Below, in pieces: positions 1 through 9,520 of a stretch of DNA of 32,000 bases (its first letter is position 1; every line of letters starts with the position of its first letter). Made by a program: the position numbers and the translations under genes. The notes beneath the pieces were generated by a model that was given only the letters and a program-made list of their open reading frames with translations, did no database searches and was not told where the DNA came from. This DNA comes from Promethearchaeota archaeon (GTDB taxonomy: Archaea; Asgardarchaeota; Lokiarchaeia; Sigyniarchaeales; Promethearchaeaceae). The stretch lies in contig JAFGBS010000001.1 of NCBI GenBank assembly GCA_016933055.1, positions 60,001-92,000 on the forward strand. The letters run 5' to 3'.

Positions 1-4
1 GAAT

Positions 5-1054
5 ATGAATAATCCCTCTTTTTTGATCAGATTGAATCAGAAAACTCTAATCACTATTGCACTCAATTCAAGTTTACTGGAAATTCGAACATGGCCTAAA
101 CCAGGAAATGTTCATAAAACTCAGAATTTCCTTAAGACAACTTATACGGACTTTCTCACCGCAATATATAATGGAAAATCCGTGTGGAATGATTTACTTC
201 AAACATTAGAAAGTTCGAAAGATAACACAAGCACTATCTATGTGAAAACTTTAATGAAGGCTGTAAAACAGATGCGTTCAGTTCAATCGGGTGGTAACGT
301 CCTACTTGGGCATTACCTTCTAAATATCCCTTTATTTATGGGCGCCTTCTATTGCATGAAGCATGAAATATTGGATGAATCACAATTTTGGAAATATATA
401 CATGAAATTTTCAATAAATCTTCCTCACATGATACAATTGTTTTATTTAACGCGATTCGTTTAGCTCAACCGGGAGGAATGGGAACACGGAAGAAATATG
501 ACTTATACAATCAAAACGTAGAATCAGAATTAATTAAGGATGATATAAATCTACTAAAAATATTTGAATTAAGTAAAAATTATGACACAATTAGTGAACA
601 ATTAGTATCTAATTATAATTTTGCCCGAACAACAATCATATCCATCTTAATAAAATATCAGTCCGAATATCCCGATATGAACACAACATTTCCTAGGATT
701 TGTTTAAACCAGATTTTACAACAAGATGTCATTGAAATTTCTGAAGATTTGAATGAATACATCGTAAGAGTATTTTTACATATCTTGTCTCAAAGAATAG
801 ATACTCTTATTGCTAGAAAAACATCCGTATCCCAAGCAGAACAAGTGAGTAAAAAAGCAAAAAAGATCGTGGATCAATTTTCACGTGTTGCAAGAGATGA
901 TTGGTTTGGTCTAGTACTGCAATTTGATAGTGAATTGCAGCGATTTAATGGAAAATTAAATCCTGGTACTACGGCTGACTTATTGGCCTGTTCGTTATTC
1001 ATATATCTGATTAAACAGCAATTATTCAACAAGAACCTAGTGAATTCCTTGTAA
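5..1054 (+). CDS. citG: CitG/MdcB-family triphosphoribosyl-dephospho-CoA synthase-like protein (archaeal stand-alone type)
   Basis: N-terminal LLEIRTWPKPGNV and C-terminal LNPGTTADL motifs are typical of the CitG family. The start is at the window edge and could lie further upstream. Confidence 0.85.
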   Translation: MNNPSFLIRLNQKTLITIALNSSLLEIRTWPKPGNVHKTQNFLKTTYTDFLTAIYNGKSVWNDLLQTLESSKDNTSTIYVKTLMKAVKQMRSVQSGGNVLLGHYLLNIPLFMGAFYCMKHEILDESQFWKYIHEIFNKSSSHDTIVLFNAIRLAQPGGMGTRKKYDLYNQNVESELIKDDINLLKIFELSKNYDTISEQLVSNYNFARTTIISILIKYQSEYPDMNTTFPRICLNQILQQDVIEISEDLNEYIVRVFLHILSQRIDTLIARKTSVSQAEQVSKKAKKIVDQFSRVARDDWFGLVLQFDSELQRFNGKLNPGTTADLLACSLFIYLIKQQLFNKNLVNSL

Positions 1055-1570
1055 TTCAAGAATTCTTTTGACAATTATCTCAAAAGCCCCCATAATATTT
1101 TCTCCCGTCTTAGATGAAATTTTGATATGTTCAAATAAATTCAGGGGTTCTAAGAACTCTTGAGCATAATCATCAGGCACAGAAATATCCTCCACTCGAT
1201 CTAATTTCGTCCCCACAAACAAAATTGGCAAATTGGGATCATGCCTTCTACAGATTCCCACCCATTCTTGTAATTTGTCTAAGGTCTTCATCCTTGTTAA
1301 ATCATATAATAAAAGAGCTCCTTTCGCCCCCATTACATAACTATCCAGCATGAATCTAAAGCGTTCTTGTCCCCCAAAATCCCATAACTGTAATGAACAC
1401 TCCACGGAATTCACAGGCATATTGAGGAGGAAAAATTCAACTCCAATAGTTATCTTCGTGTCTTCAATGAATTTACCATGAACAACTCTATGGAGTAATG
1501 TTGTCTTACCTACTCCTCCAGCACCTGCAACAAGAACTTTGAAAATATATTTTTTTGTAATAATTATCAC
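1037..1570 (-). CDS. Rab-like small GTPase (Asgard eukaryotic-signature type), no C-terminal prenylation Cys
   Basis: G1 GAGGVGKT, G2 TIGVEF, G3 WDFGGQERF, G4 TKLD, G5 SSK. The annotated start is GTG; an alternative ATG lies at 1589 (see findings). Confidence 0.93.
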   Translation of the reverse strand: MIIITKKYIFKVLVAGAGGVGKTTLLHRVVHGKFIEDTKITIGVEFFLLNMPVNSVECSLQLWDFGGQERFRFMLDSYVMGAKGALLLYDLTRMKTLDKLQEWVGICRRHDPNLPILFVGTKLDRVEDISVPDDYAQEFLEPLNLFEHIKISSKTGENIMGAFEIIVKRILELQGIH

Positions 1571-1800
1571 CTTGTATGATGAGACTCATGGGTTAAAGAT
1601 TTGGAGTATACCGATTCGTGAGTAAAGTATCGTAATTTTAATCCTCAGTATGAATTGGCTAATTCTAACCTATATGGTTTATTTCATTACTCTTTTTTAG
1701 CTACTATATTTTGTAAATCCTTAATGTCTTTCCAAGAAAAATAACGGGGAGGAAGAAATAATTCTAAAAATTTTTCCGATAGCATAATCATATAAATATA

Positions 1801-2235
1801 ATGAATCTTGTCATTCTTGATGCCAATTTTTTGTTGGTACCCTCTCAGTTTGGAGTAGACATCTATGACGAAATAAGAATGCAATTAACTGGGAGTTTTC
1901 AATTCGTCTATGTTCCGGAAGTTATAGATGAGCTTAAGAATAAACAAAATAGAAGTTCAAGTAAAAAATTTAAAAGATCCGTAGACTTAGCGCTAAAATT
2001 ACTAGAATTTAATATGTCTGCCAAATCCCAGAATTTCTTGATAAACCCTCCCAACAAACCACAAAGTATCCCTGTTGATGAATATTTAATAAAACTAGCT
2101 CAAAATTTTTTGGAACAAAACATCGAAACTGTTTACATTGCTACCAATGACAAAGAATTGAAAAAATCTGCACTCACTCATGGTATACGAGTTATATACT
2201 TGCGACAGAAAAAATTTATCGAATTGTCCGTGTGA
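1801..2235 (+). CDS. PIN-domain ribonuclease, archaeal Fcf1/Utp24-like
   Basis: ILDANFLL...DIYDEI, VIDEL, VDEYL and VYIATNDKEL carry the acidic PIN residues; 144 aa fits the family. Confidence 0.85.
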   Translation: MNLVILDANFLLVPSQFGVDIYDEIRMQLTGSFQFVYVPEVIDELKNKQNRSSSKKFKRSVDLALKLLEFNMSAKSQNFLINPPNKPQSIPVDEYLIKLAQNFLEQNIETVYIATNDKELKKSALTHGIRVIYLRQKKFIELSV

Positions 2236-2349
2236 TGGGACTAAATTCAGAAATTAATTGGAACAAGTTTATAGCATTGAAATTTTATACCATATTAACG
2301 GCATAATTATGACGAACAAACCAAAATCCCAAAAAAAAAATAAATCAAG

Positions 2350-2541
2350 GTGAAACATTTGACCACAACTGAAGGCATTCCAATTGATAGTTCTTCGGGG
2401 GACGAACCATTATGTAATGATGTGCCATGCCCGAGATGCCCGAAATGCTATAGCTCAACTATAGAACGCATGATATGGGATAAATTTAAACCGAAAAAAA
2501 TTATCCAATGCGAGGTATGTAAATTTTATTGGGTACTATGA
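2350..2541 (+). CDS. Small Cys-rich zinc-ribbon protein
   Basis: CPKC...CEVC-xx-YW ribbon plus two extra upstream Cys. The ORF fills the gap between PIN and DUF167. Start is GTG 2350, or TTG 2359 after an AGGTGA SD-like sequence. Confidence 0.6.
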   Translation: MKHLTTTEGIPIDSSSGDEPLCNDVPCPRCPKCYSSTIERMIWDKFKPKKIIQCEVCKFYWVL

Positions 2542-2838
2542 ATTATCGGATTTTAAAATATTTAATATCTCTTCCTTCTGTTTTGAATCACTATTTTCTA
2601 TTAATATAGTTTTATTTTTAGATTTGTGTCCTGAAATAATTGATAGTTGAGTCTTTGATAACTTAAATACGCTGGATAAATATATTAAAAGCTCTTTATT
2701 CGCTTTACCTTTTACAGGGGGGGATTTTATAAACACAATAATATTTTCAGTATTGCTTTTGATTTGATTTTCCCTGCTATTTGGTTTGATTACTATATTG
2801 AGGAGTAGTCCTTTTTTTATTTCTCTAACCAAAGGCAT
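2536..2838 (-). CDS. DUF167 / UPF0235 (YggU-like) family protein
   Basis: IVIKPNS...SPPVKGKANKELL...IISGHKSKNK is the family pattern; 100 aa. Confidence 0.9.
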   Translation of the reverse strand: MPLVREIKKGLLLNIVIKPNSRENQIKSNTENIIVFIKSPPVKGKANKELLIYLSSVFKLSKTQLSIISGHKSKNKTILIENSDSKQKEEILNILKSDNS

Positions 2839-2842
2839 ATTG

Positions 2843-3982
2843 TCACATCTCTAAATTTTTTACATATTCATTTCCATAATTTTCTCTCGTACCTATTACT
2901 AATTGAAAAAATGGAGATGATGGATTTTTTCCACTATATCTTGCCACTATATCATGTGGTGGATTTTGAATCTGCTGGAGTAAACCACAGATTTCAATTC
3001 TATTCCCTCGTTTGTAATATCCAATGTTTTCATGTTCGAAAATGAGAGCTCTACATAAGTTTGAGGATGAGACCTTTCCTTGTACTAGTCCTACAAAATG
3101 AACATCGTCTAGATATACTACACCAGGGTAATAATAGAGCCAATCATCATTCACAACAGTTGCTTGAATCACCATTCGCGAGTATTCTGGTACATTAATA
3201 AAATAAGTACTATCCAGCGCTAAAGTATTATTCTGTATCTCTTGTTCTGAGGGATTAAAAGCCATAGATAGATAAAACTTGGAAAAGAATAGTAAAAAAG
3301 GTTTATTTGTAATAAATACCGTACAATCTTCGATAGACATACCGGATTTTTGAGAAAATTTGTGCGCATTACTGACATTTTCCATCAAAGTCGGAGTACG
3401 TAGTTGTGAATGGACATTCACTAATCGGTGTATATTATAAAGAAATGCCATTAAATTTGATTTTCCATAAATTATTAAATCGATATCTGAATGTTTGTGT
3501 ATTCCCCCCCAGAGAATAGAGCCCGTAATCCCCATATCCCTTAGTGGTATATTTAGTTCGTTCTCAAAAACATGTGCAATTTCAACTGCGAGTTTTTCTT
3601 GTTCAGCTAAAGAATGAAATTTACTCTTAGGTGTATCAATTAGTTGTTCCAATTTTTTACGGGGACTTAGATAGAATTTTATTTTATTTTTGGGATATTG
3701 AATAAAATCTGAACCATACAATTCGCTATGTTCTCGGTAAGGATGGGATTCAATTATCGAAGCAGCAGTAGAACTGGAATATTGAGTGATAAGACGTTTG
3801 TAAGAATGATGGGTGATATCTGATTTCCAAAAAAAAATGTTTTGATCTTCTATTGTTTTTTCATATTTCTGTAAACAATATAGAGTATCCCTTGGATGCA
3901 CATATCCAAGAACTTGGTAAATTTGATCATCCTCATCATAGAAATAATCTCGATCATTCGGGAATTCGGGAATCATAGTCAT
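2843..3982 (-). CDS. Predicted archaeal nucleotidyltransferase (Pol-beta superfamily, COG1665-like)
   Basis: GITGSILWG...SDIDL signature and N-terminal RDYF...VLGYVHP. Start moved from 4015 to ATG 3982 (or 3976) to avoid overlap with the upstream DHH gene. Confidence 0.75.
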   Translation of the reverse strand: MTMIPEFPNDRDYFYDEDDQIYQVLGYVHPRDTLYCLQKYEKTIEDQNIFFWKSDITHHSYKRLITQYSSSTAASIIESHPYREHSELYGSDFIQYPKNKIKFYLSPRKKLEQLIDTPKSKFHSLAEQEKLAVEIAHVFENELNIPLRDMGITGSILWGGIHKHSDIDLIIYGKSNLMAFLYNIHRLVNVHSQLRTPTLMENVSNAHKFSQKSGMSIEDCTVFITNKPFLLFFSKFYLSMAFNPSEQEIQNNTLALDSTYFINVPEYSRMVIQATVVNDDWLYYYPGVVYLDDVHFVGLVQGKVSSSNLCRALIFEHENIGYYKRGNRIEICGLLQQIQNPPHDIVARYSGKNPSSPFFQLVIGTRENYGNEYVKNLEM

Positions 3983-3986
3983 CACA

Positions 3987-5384
3987 TTAAAGGGGAAAAT
4001 ACTGATCAATTTCATTTTTTAATTTCTTATAACGGTTTGGCGCGATCTTATATCCACCTGCTAATTTATGTCCTCCTCCCATCCCCCCATAGATTTTCTT
4101 TAGTTTTTGGATGAGAAGATCGACTCCTTTCCCTTCAATCAATGGAGGATACTGATCTGTACAACGTATGCTTAGCTTCACGAAATTTCCATCAATACCT
4201 CCTAAAAATAGGACCTTTTTTTGATCATACAGATGATTTACGCTTGCATAACTAGCTACATCTGACCAAAAATTAGGAGATAAACGTCGGGTTGCATCCA
4301 CAAAAAGAACTTGATCAGTCACTTCCTTAGGCGAAGTAACAAATGAAGTCAGATTCTTGGTAAGATTTCGAATATAGTTCTGGTATATTTCGGTGGACTT
4401 GATGGGTGTGGAACGCAATTGGAATAATCGTTCTGCTTGATGAGGGGATTTGAATGCTAATTGACTAATGAGCAATCCGTGTTCGAATGCATATCTTAAT
4501 ATCCCTTTTTTCTCAGGAAATTGGATATATTTACCTAATAGTTTTTCGGGAAAACGGTCATTAATGAACTCTACCTCAATTGAGCTCAATTCTGCAACCT
4601 TTTTATTAGCTGGTATTTTCAACTGCTCCAAAATCTCACGAGCAATATTGGGATCCCCCCCCACCTCTTTAATATATGGATATAAAGAATACGCAAGCGC
4701 ATTTTTTACAGATTCATGTGTAGCACCATAAACCATCAATCCCTGTTTGAGGTTTATTTGTTCCTCCGCTTTTGCTTCTTCTACTACCATATGATTGTAT
4801 GATCGATAGTCTTGTACATTCATTAATGTATCATTACTGATACCAATTAAGGCTATCCATGCAGTTTTGATGTTGTTATGAGAAATTGATTTTGCAAAAA
4901 GGTACACTAAAGCGGAACCCGCAATCTCTTTTAATCCATCATATCCGTATGTCGTGGGATTGAGAAAAAAGAAGTTATGGGGTAGTTTTTCTTCCTCCAC
5001 AATGTCCATTTCATGGTGATCCAAAATAAAAACCGCAATATTTTTAGTACTAAAATATCTGCCCAATTCGTTGATTTCTGAACCGATATCAGAAAATATT
5101 ACTGCCAGATTTTCAATATAATCAAATTGTGGAATGATACTATCTAAATATTGCTTCCAAGTGTTTTTACGATTGTAATATCGCGTACTGTAATTGATTC
5201 CCTCTCGTTCCAACATGATTTTTAATATAGCAGAACATGCATATCCATCAGCATCTCTATGAGAAATTAGTAATACATGATCTAAATTATCCTTTAGATC
5301 CAAGAAATTTCCCGCTATCTGAGTTAATTTTACCTCAAACTCATGCTCTTTTATTTCACGCAAATTTTTATCTAAGTAATCCAT
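3987..5384 (-). CDS. DHH/DHHA1 phosphoesterase, archaeal RecJ/Cdc45-like nuclease
   Basis: SHRDADG, SDIG, LDHH, C-terminal SIR and GGGHKLAGG (DHHA1) motifs. Confidence 0.88.
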   Translation of the reverse strand: MDYLDKNLREIKEHEFEVKLTQIAGNFLDLKDNLDHVLLISHRDADGYACSAILKIMLEREGINYSTRYYNRKNTWKQYLDSIIPQFDYIENLAVIFSDIGSEINELGRYFSTKNIAVFILDHHEMDIVEEEKLPHNFFFLNPTTYGYDGLKEIAGSALVYLFAKSISHNNIKTAWIALIGISNDTLMNVQDYRSYNHMVVEEAKAEEQINLKQGLMVYGATHESVKNALAYSLYPYIKEVGGDPNIAREILEQLKIPANKKVAELSSIEVEFINDRFPEKLLGKYIQFPEKKGILRYAFEHGLLISQLAFKSPHQAERLFQLRSTPIKSTEIYQNYIRNLTKNLTSFVTSPKEVTDQVLFVDATRRLSPNFWSDVASYASVNHLYDQKKVLFLGGIDGNFVKLSIRCTDQYPPLIEGKGVDLLIQKLKKIYGGMGGGHKLAGGYKIAPNRYKKLKNEIDQYFPL

Positions 5385-5532
5385 TGGTTTTCCTCAATAA
5401 GTTAATTGTACCACAGAATATTATTAATAATCCATTATAGTGTTTATTCTGAATACAAAAAAGATTTTATTCATTACAACTTTATACGAAATCATCACTG
5501 AGTAAATACACATAGCAGAGTTTAATATCAAC

Positions 5533-7179
5533 ATGGTAACGATCCGTAGAACGCGTATAATATTTTCGCTTATTTTTATAATATCGATTAGTTTGACATG
5601 TTTCACCGCATTAGATATAAGTTTCCACTCAAATTCGAACCAAATGGAATTAGTACCCATTTCTAGTACGGAAGACGAAATCAATTATACTCCATTAGAT
5701 GAGGATGGGATTCAACCTCTTGGCAATCTTACGATTGAAACAATCCATCATCTGGGAAAAGGTGAAATGGAAACAAACACTGTCGGGATCGATCCTACAA
5801 CAATTAAAATGACTTACATTGATTATGAATTTTGGGGGGTTCAACAAATTGCTGTTGCTGATAGTTTTCGAACCGATTATGCATCTGGAAATATTGAAAT
5901 TCGTCTTAATGAATCTGTGAGATATGATTACTGGGAAAATGATAGTCTTACGTTGCTGAATTATAAATCAGAACTTGCTAGAGGGGAGATTATTGAAATG
6001 TATATTAACTCAACACCCATCGATGATATATCCAAGGTAGAAAAAAGTAGCGCCGGGGGTTTTAACTATAATTATTCGGAGTATCATAATGCGAATCCGA
6101 AAGGATCGTTAATTGTAGATTATGTATTTGATTACAATGTTACTATGAGATATTGGAGGTTATTACAGAAGAGATATCCCTCAGCTCCTGAAAAAACTCC
6201 ATTTATCACCAAGAACCAAGCAGAAATTATAAGTTATTATAATTATACGTGGCAAATGGGGGATTTCAATGTAGATTTGATTGTAGATTTAATTTTAAAC
6301 ATACCCGATATCACCTATCTACGTGATCTTGAATGGAAAAAAACCTATAGTTTAACCAATACCACGGTGTTTACAGGTTATACACAATTAGTTAATTCTT
6401 CTTTTCGACTTGCGAATCTTCCCATCGATGCAAAAACCTTCACCATCGATTTTGTGACTAATCACACGATTGAAATCGCAAATAAATTCAGCGATTATTG
6501 GAGAAAAGACTATCTAGTAAATGGTAGAAATGAAAGAGTTCGGTTATTTGACATTTCCGTAATAGAAGGACCTCCTTCTATTTTGGTCAGTAACTTTCTC
6601 TTAAACTTGACCGAAGTACATTTTAATGAATTTATTGATGTCTCCAGCAATTTTGGGAGAAGTTTGACTTTTCACAACATGTGGACAGAGTATGGGCGAA
6701 AAACCAATGGCACAACAATCGAGTTTTTCGGAGGCGAGGATTATCTAGCTTCGGATTATTATCTTGTTTTAGGGGAAACTGATGTTATCTCTATTACTTA
6801 TCGTGCATCGTCTTCTCTGCAATTTACTGTAGTTGATAAAATTAACAATCCTTTAAGAAATGCAGAAGTTATTTTGTATTTCGGTAATGCAACGTATGGA
6901 ACCTACATTTCAGAGGATCTCAGTATACCCTACGCTGCTAAAATCACAGATGGTAGCGGTATTATAACTCTTGATGAAGTTCCCCGGGGGAACTTTCTTG
7001 TGGATGTGGTATATAAAGGACAATTAGTTGCGGATAAAGTAGCTATTGATACTGAAGCGGATGATTATGTAATTTCTACGTCAGTTCCTCACTTTCCGAT
7101 ATGGATGATAACGTTTGCAGGTTTTAGTTCAGCTATCGGAATTATTGGTTATGTTATATTCAAAAAAGCTAAGATTTAA
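5533..7179 (+). CDS. Membrane-anchored cell-surface (glyco)protein with a C-terminal carboxypeptidase-regulatory-like beta domain
   Basis: Basic-then-hydrophobic N-terminus (signal or TM). About 14 N-x-S/T sequons. FTVVDKINNPLRNAEV...TDGSGIITL...VPRGNF beta-sandwich pattern. C-terminal TM followed by KKAKI. Confidence 0.7.
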   Translation: MVTIRRTRIIFSLIFIISISLTCFTALDISFHSNSNQMELVPISSTEDEINYTPLDEDGIQPLGNLTIETIHHLGKGEMETNTVGIDPTTIKMTYIDYEFWGVQQIAVADSFRTDYASGNIEIRLNESVRYDYWENDSLTLLNYKSELARGEIIEMYINSTPIDDISKVEKSSAGGFNYNYSEYHNANPKGSLIVDYVFDYNVTMRYWRLLQKRYPSAPEKTPFITKNQAEIISYYNYTWQMGDFNVDLIVDLILNIPDITYLRDLEWKKTYSLTNTTVFTGYTQLVNSSFRLANLPIDAKTFTIDFVTNHTIEIANKFSDYWRKDYLVNGRNERVRLFDISVIEGPPSILVSNFLLNLTEVHFNEFIDVSSNFGRSLTFHNMWTEYGRKTNGTTIEFFGGEDYLASDYYLVLGETDVISITYRASSSLQFTVVDKINNPLRNAEVILYFGNATYGTYISEDLSIPYAAKITDGSGIITLDEVPRGNFLVDVVYKGQLVADKVAIDTEADDYVISTSVPHFPIWMITFAGFSSAIGIIGYVIFKKAKI

Positions 7180-7967
7180 TCCATTTTTTCCCGCTGCACT
7201 AATTCCTTAACAAAAAAAGTTGCAACATCTTCTGCTACAGTATTTGAACCAAAACCAGCATCATATCCTAATTCTTTTGCTAATTCTTTAGATATTCGCG
7301 CTCCACCACAAATTAACACAACTTTGTCTCGAATACCCTCCGCTTCCAACAGTTCTACTAAATTAGATAAATTCTTCACGTGGACCCCTTTTTGAGTGAC
7401 AGTTTGGGAAACTAATAGTACGTCTGCATTCAAATTTATTGCTTTTCTCACAAATTCTTCATTTAAGACTTGAGATCCCAAATTATACGTTTCTATCATT
7501 TCATAGCGTTCTAAGCCATGGTGTCCATGATAACCTTTCATACTCATAATTGCGTCTATCCCTACCGTATGGGAATCTGTTCCTGTTGTTGCACCAAGCA
7601 CGATTACTTTCCTTCGTAAATGTTCGCGAATAAATTCATCAATCTCCTCCATGTTCATGGATTTAGATTGGTGAGAAACCATTGCCACTTTTGACACATC
7701 TACGGAATGTACTAACACTCCATACACAATGAAAAATGTAAAATCACTTTCAAGACTTTTCTGAAATACAATATCGATATCCTTTAATCCCATTTTTTTT
7801 GACAATCGTTTAGCTGCAATGGTAGCTCGGTTAGTGTTCGGAAGCGGTAAAGTAAAACTAATTTGTATTTTCCCGTCGTTTATTGAATCACCATAGGGTT
7901 TTATTCTTTTTAGATCAAACTTACCGAAAAATCCGATTTCCTTCATCTTTCTAATATGCTTACCCAT
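7176..7967 (-). CDS. kamE: Lysine 5,6-aminomutase beta subunit (adenosylcobalamin/PLP-binding)
   Basis: B12 motif DSHTVGID, PLP-lysine context MKGYHGHHGLERY and LLVSQTVTQK. TAATG coupling to kamD. Confidence 0.96.
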   Translation of the reverse strand: MGKHIRKMKEIGFFGKFDLKRIKPYGDSINDGKIQISFTLPLPNTNRATIAAKRLSKKMGLKDIDIVFQKSLESDFTFFIVYGVLVHSVDVSKVAMVSHQSKSMNMEEIDEFIREHLRRKVIVLGATTGTDSHTVGIDAIMSMKGYHGHHGLERYEMIETYNLGSQVLNEEFVRKAINLNADVLLVSQTVTQKGVHVKNLSNLVELLEAEGIRDKVVLICGGARISKELAKELGYDAGFGSNTVAEDVATFFVKELVQREKMD

Positions 7968-9520
7968 TATGCAACCCCCCTTTCCATAAATATTTCAATA
8001 AATGGATTGAGATATATATTTCCCTTTCTATATACTCCCTCTAATCCCTTTCCTCCGTTTTTTGACCTTTTTATTCCCGCAAATGTGCCATTTTCGAGGG
8101 TTTGAAATAATCCTTGCTCTTTTATAATACTCAATAATTCATCTGCTTTTTGAAGTGTTTGGGTAGCCCTTTGATTAATAATTCCATCTGGTTTGAAACT
8201 AAGTTCTTCTGAAATACTATGCAGATTATTAAAAATATATTGAGCAATATCAATTGCAATTGCACGATCAGACATAAACGGAGTATGAATTGCTTCGGTC
8301 AACATTCCCAAGAGACAAATTCGTTGATCTGTGAGTTTCGTAATAATATTAAATAGTGCATTTTGAACACATCCCATGAAAATGTCTCCAGTCATATATC
8401 TTGTTGGTGGCATATATTTCAAGGGAGCATTTGGAAATATTTCTCGAGATAATTGAGCTTGAGCAAGCTCATATAGGAATCCGTTCCTAATAGAGGGATC
8501 CATCTCAAAGGCATGTCCTATACCCATTTGTTCTTCTGGAATCCCAGCAAGTAACGCAAATTGCTCATTCATCAACTGAGAGGTCAGAACTGTAAATCCT
8601 TGTTCTACAGCATCTACAGTTTTAATGTAATTATCCTCCCCAGTATTAATAATCACGCCTGAATAACCATTAATCATACGGGAAAAATGTTGATCAATTA
8701 TGGTTCTTTGCATGTTAATGTCCCGAAATAAGATCCCATACAACGCATCGTTCAGCATCACGTCTAGTCGTTCTAAAGCTCCCATTGCCGCTATCTCGGG
8801 CATGCATAATCCGGAACAATAATTGCATAATCTTATATATTTTCCCAGTTCCCCCCCTACTTCATCCAAAGCTTTTCTCATAAGTCGAAAGTTTTCTTGA
8901 GTAGCGTATGTTCCACCAAAACCTTGTGTAGTGGCCCCATAGGGAACATAATCCATTAAACTTTGTCCTGTGCTACGAATGACGGCAATAATGTCAGCTC
9001 CTTTTCTCGCAGCTGAGTTTGCTTGAATTATGTCTTCATAAATATTCCCTGTAGCTACAATTACATATAATAACGGACCTTCTTTATCTCCATATGTCTG
9101 GATTAATTTTGTACGAATTTCACGATTTGCACGGATTTTTTCAGCTCCTTCATTCGCAAGTGATATTATAGTTTTTTTTATACCGTTAATATCCCCCATG
9201 GGGAGTTTTTTCAGGTCTAGTTTTTTTTGCGCTATTTTCTCTGCAATCTCTTGAGGATTAAAACCGGTTTGGATGATAGCATTCCCCAAAAATACGGCAG
9301 CCCCAATATCGACTTCAATATTGCTCACAACAATATTTGGAAGGGGAATTCCTTCTTTACTTACTCCATCAATTCCTAAAAGTCTACATATTGTTCGTTC
9401 TATAGTTGTTGTCGTGTATTGGTTGATGAATTCCTGCATATCGTGTGCAATAATACGAGCTTTCGCTCTTGCTTGTTTAATTAAAGAAACATCCAAGTTT
9501 AGTTTGTTCTGTCTTTTCAT
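7967..9520 (-). CDS. kamD: Lysine 5,6-aminomutase alpha subunit
   Basis: TTIERTICRLLGIDG, YVIVATGNIYED, STGQSLMDYVPYG, NYCSGLCMPEIA and KYMPPT; directly upstream of kamE. Confidence 0.96.
   Translation of the reverse strand: MKRQNKLNLDVSLIKQARAKARIIAHDMQEFINQYTTTTIERTICRLLGIDGVSKEGIPLPNIVVSNIEVDIGAAVFLGNAIIQTGFNPQEIAEKIAQKKLDLKKLPMGDINGIKKTIISLANEGAEKIRANREIRTKLIQTYGDKEGPLLYVIVATGNIYEDIIQANSAARKGADIIAVIRSTGQSLMDYVPYGATTQGFGGTYATQENFRLMRKALDEVGGELGKYIRLCNYCSGLCMPEIAAMGALERLDVMLNDALYGILFRDINMQRTIIDQHFSRMINGYSGVIINTGEDNYIKTVDAVEQGFTVLTSQLMNEQFALLAGIPEEQMGIGHAFEMDPSIRNGFLYELAQAQLSREIFPNAPLKYMPPTRYMTGDIFMGCVQNALFNIITKLTDQRICLLGMLTEAIHTPFMSDRAIAIDIAQYIFNNLHSISEELSFKPDGIINQRATQTLQKADELLSIIKEQGLFQTLENGTFAGIKRSKNGGKGLEGVYRKGNIYLNPFIEIFMERGVA

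Noticed and set aside
1687-1884. 65-aa minus-strand ORF (or its 34-aa ATG 1791 sub-ORF)
   Set aside because: It overlaps the PIN gene antisense and has no recognisable motif. A small protein cannot be excluded but is unsupported.
2309-2352. Frameshift joining the uORF to the zinc-ribbon ORF at the A10 run
   Set aside because: The zinc-ribbon frame has a TAA at 2341 immediately after the run, so no indel in the run can join the two.
7162-7179. Eukaryote-like dilysine (KKxx/KxKxx) retrieval signal in the KKAKI tail
   Set aside because: Position -3 is Ala, so neither pattern fits; the lysines are explained as a positive-inside stop-transfer signal.
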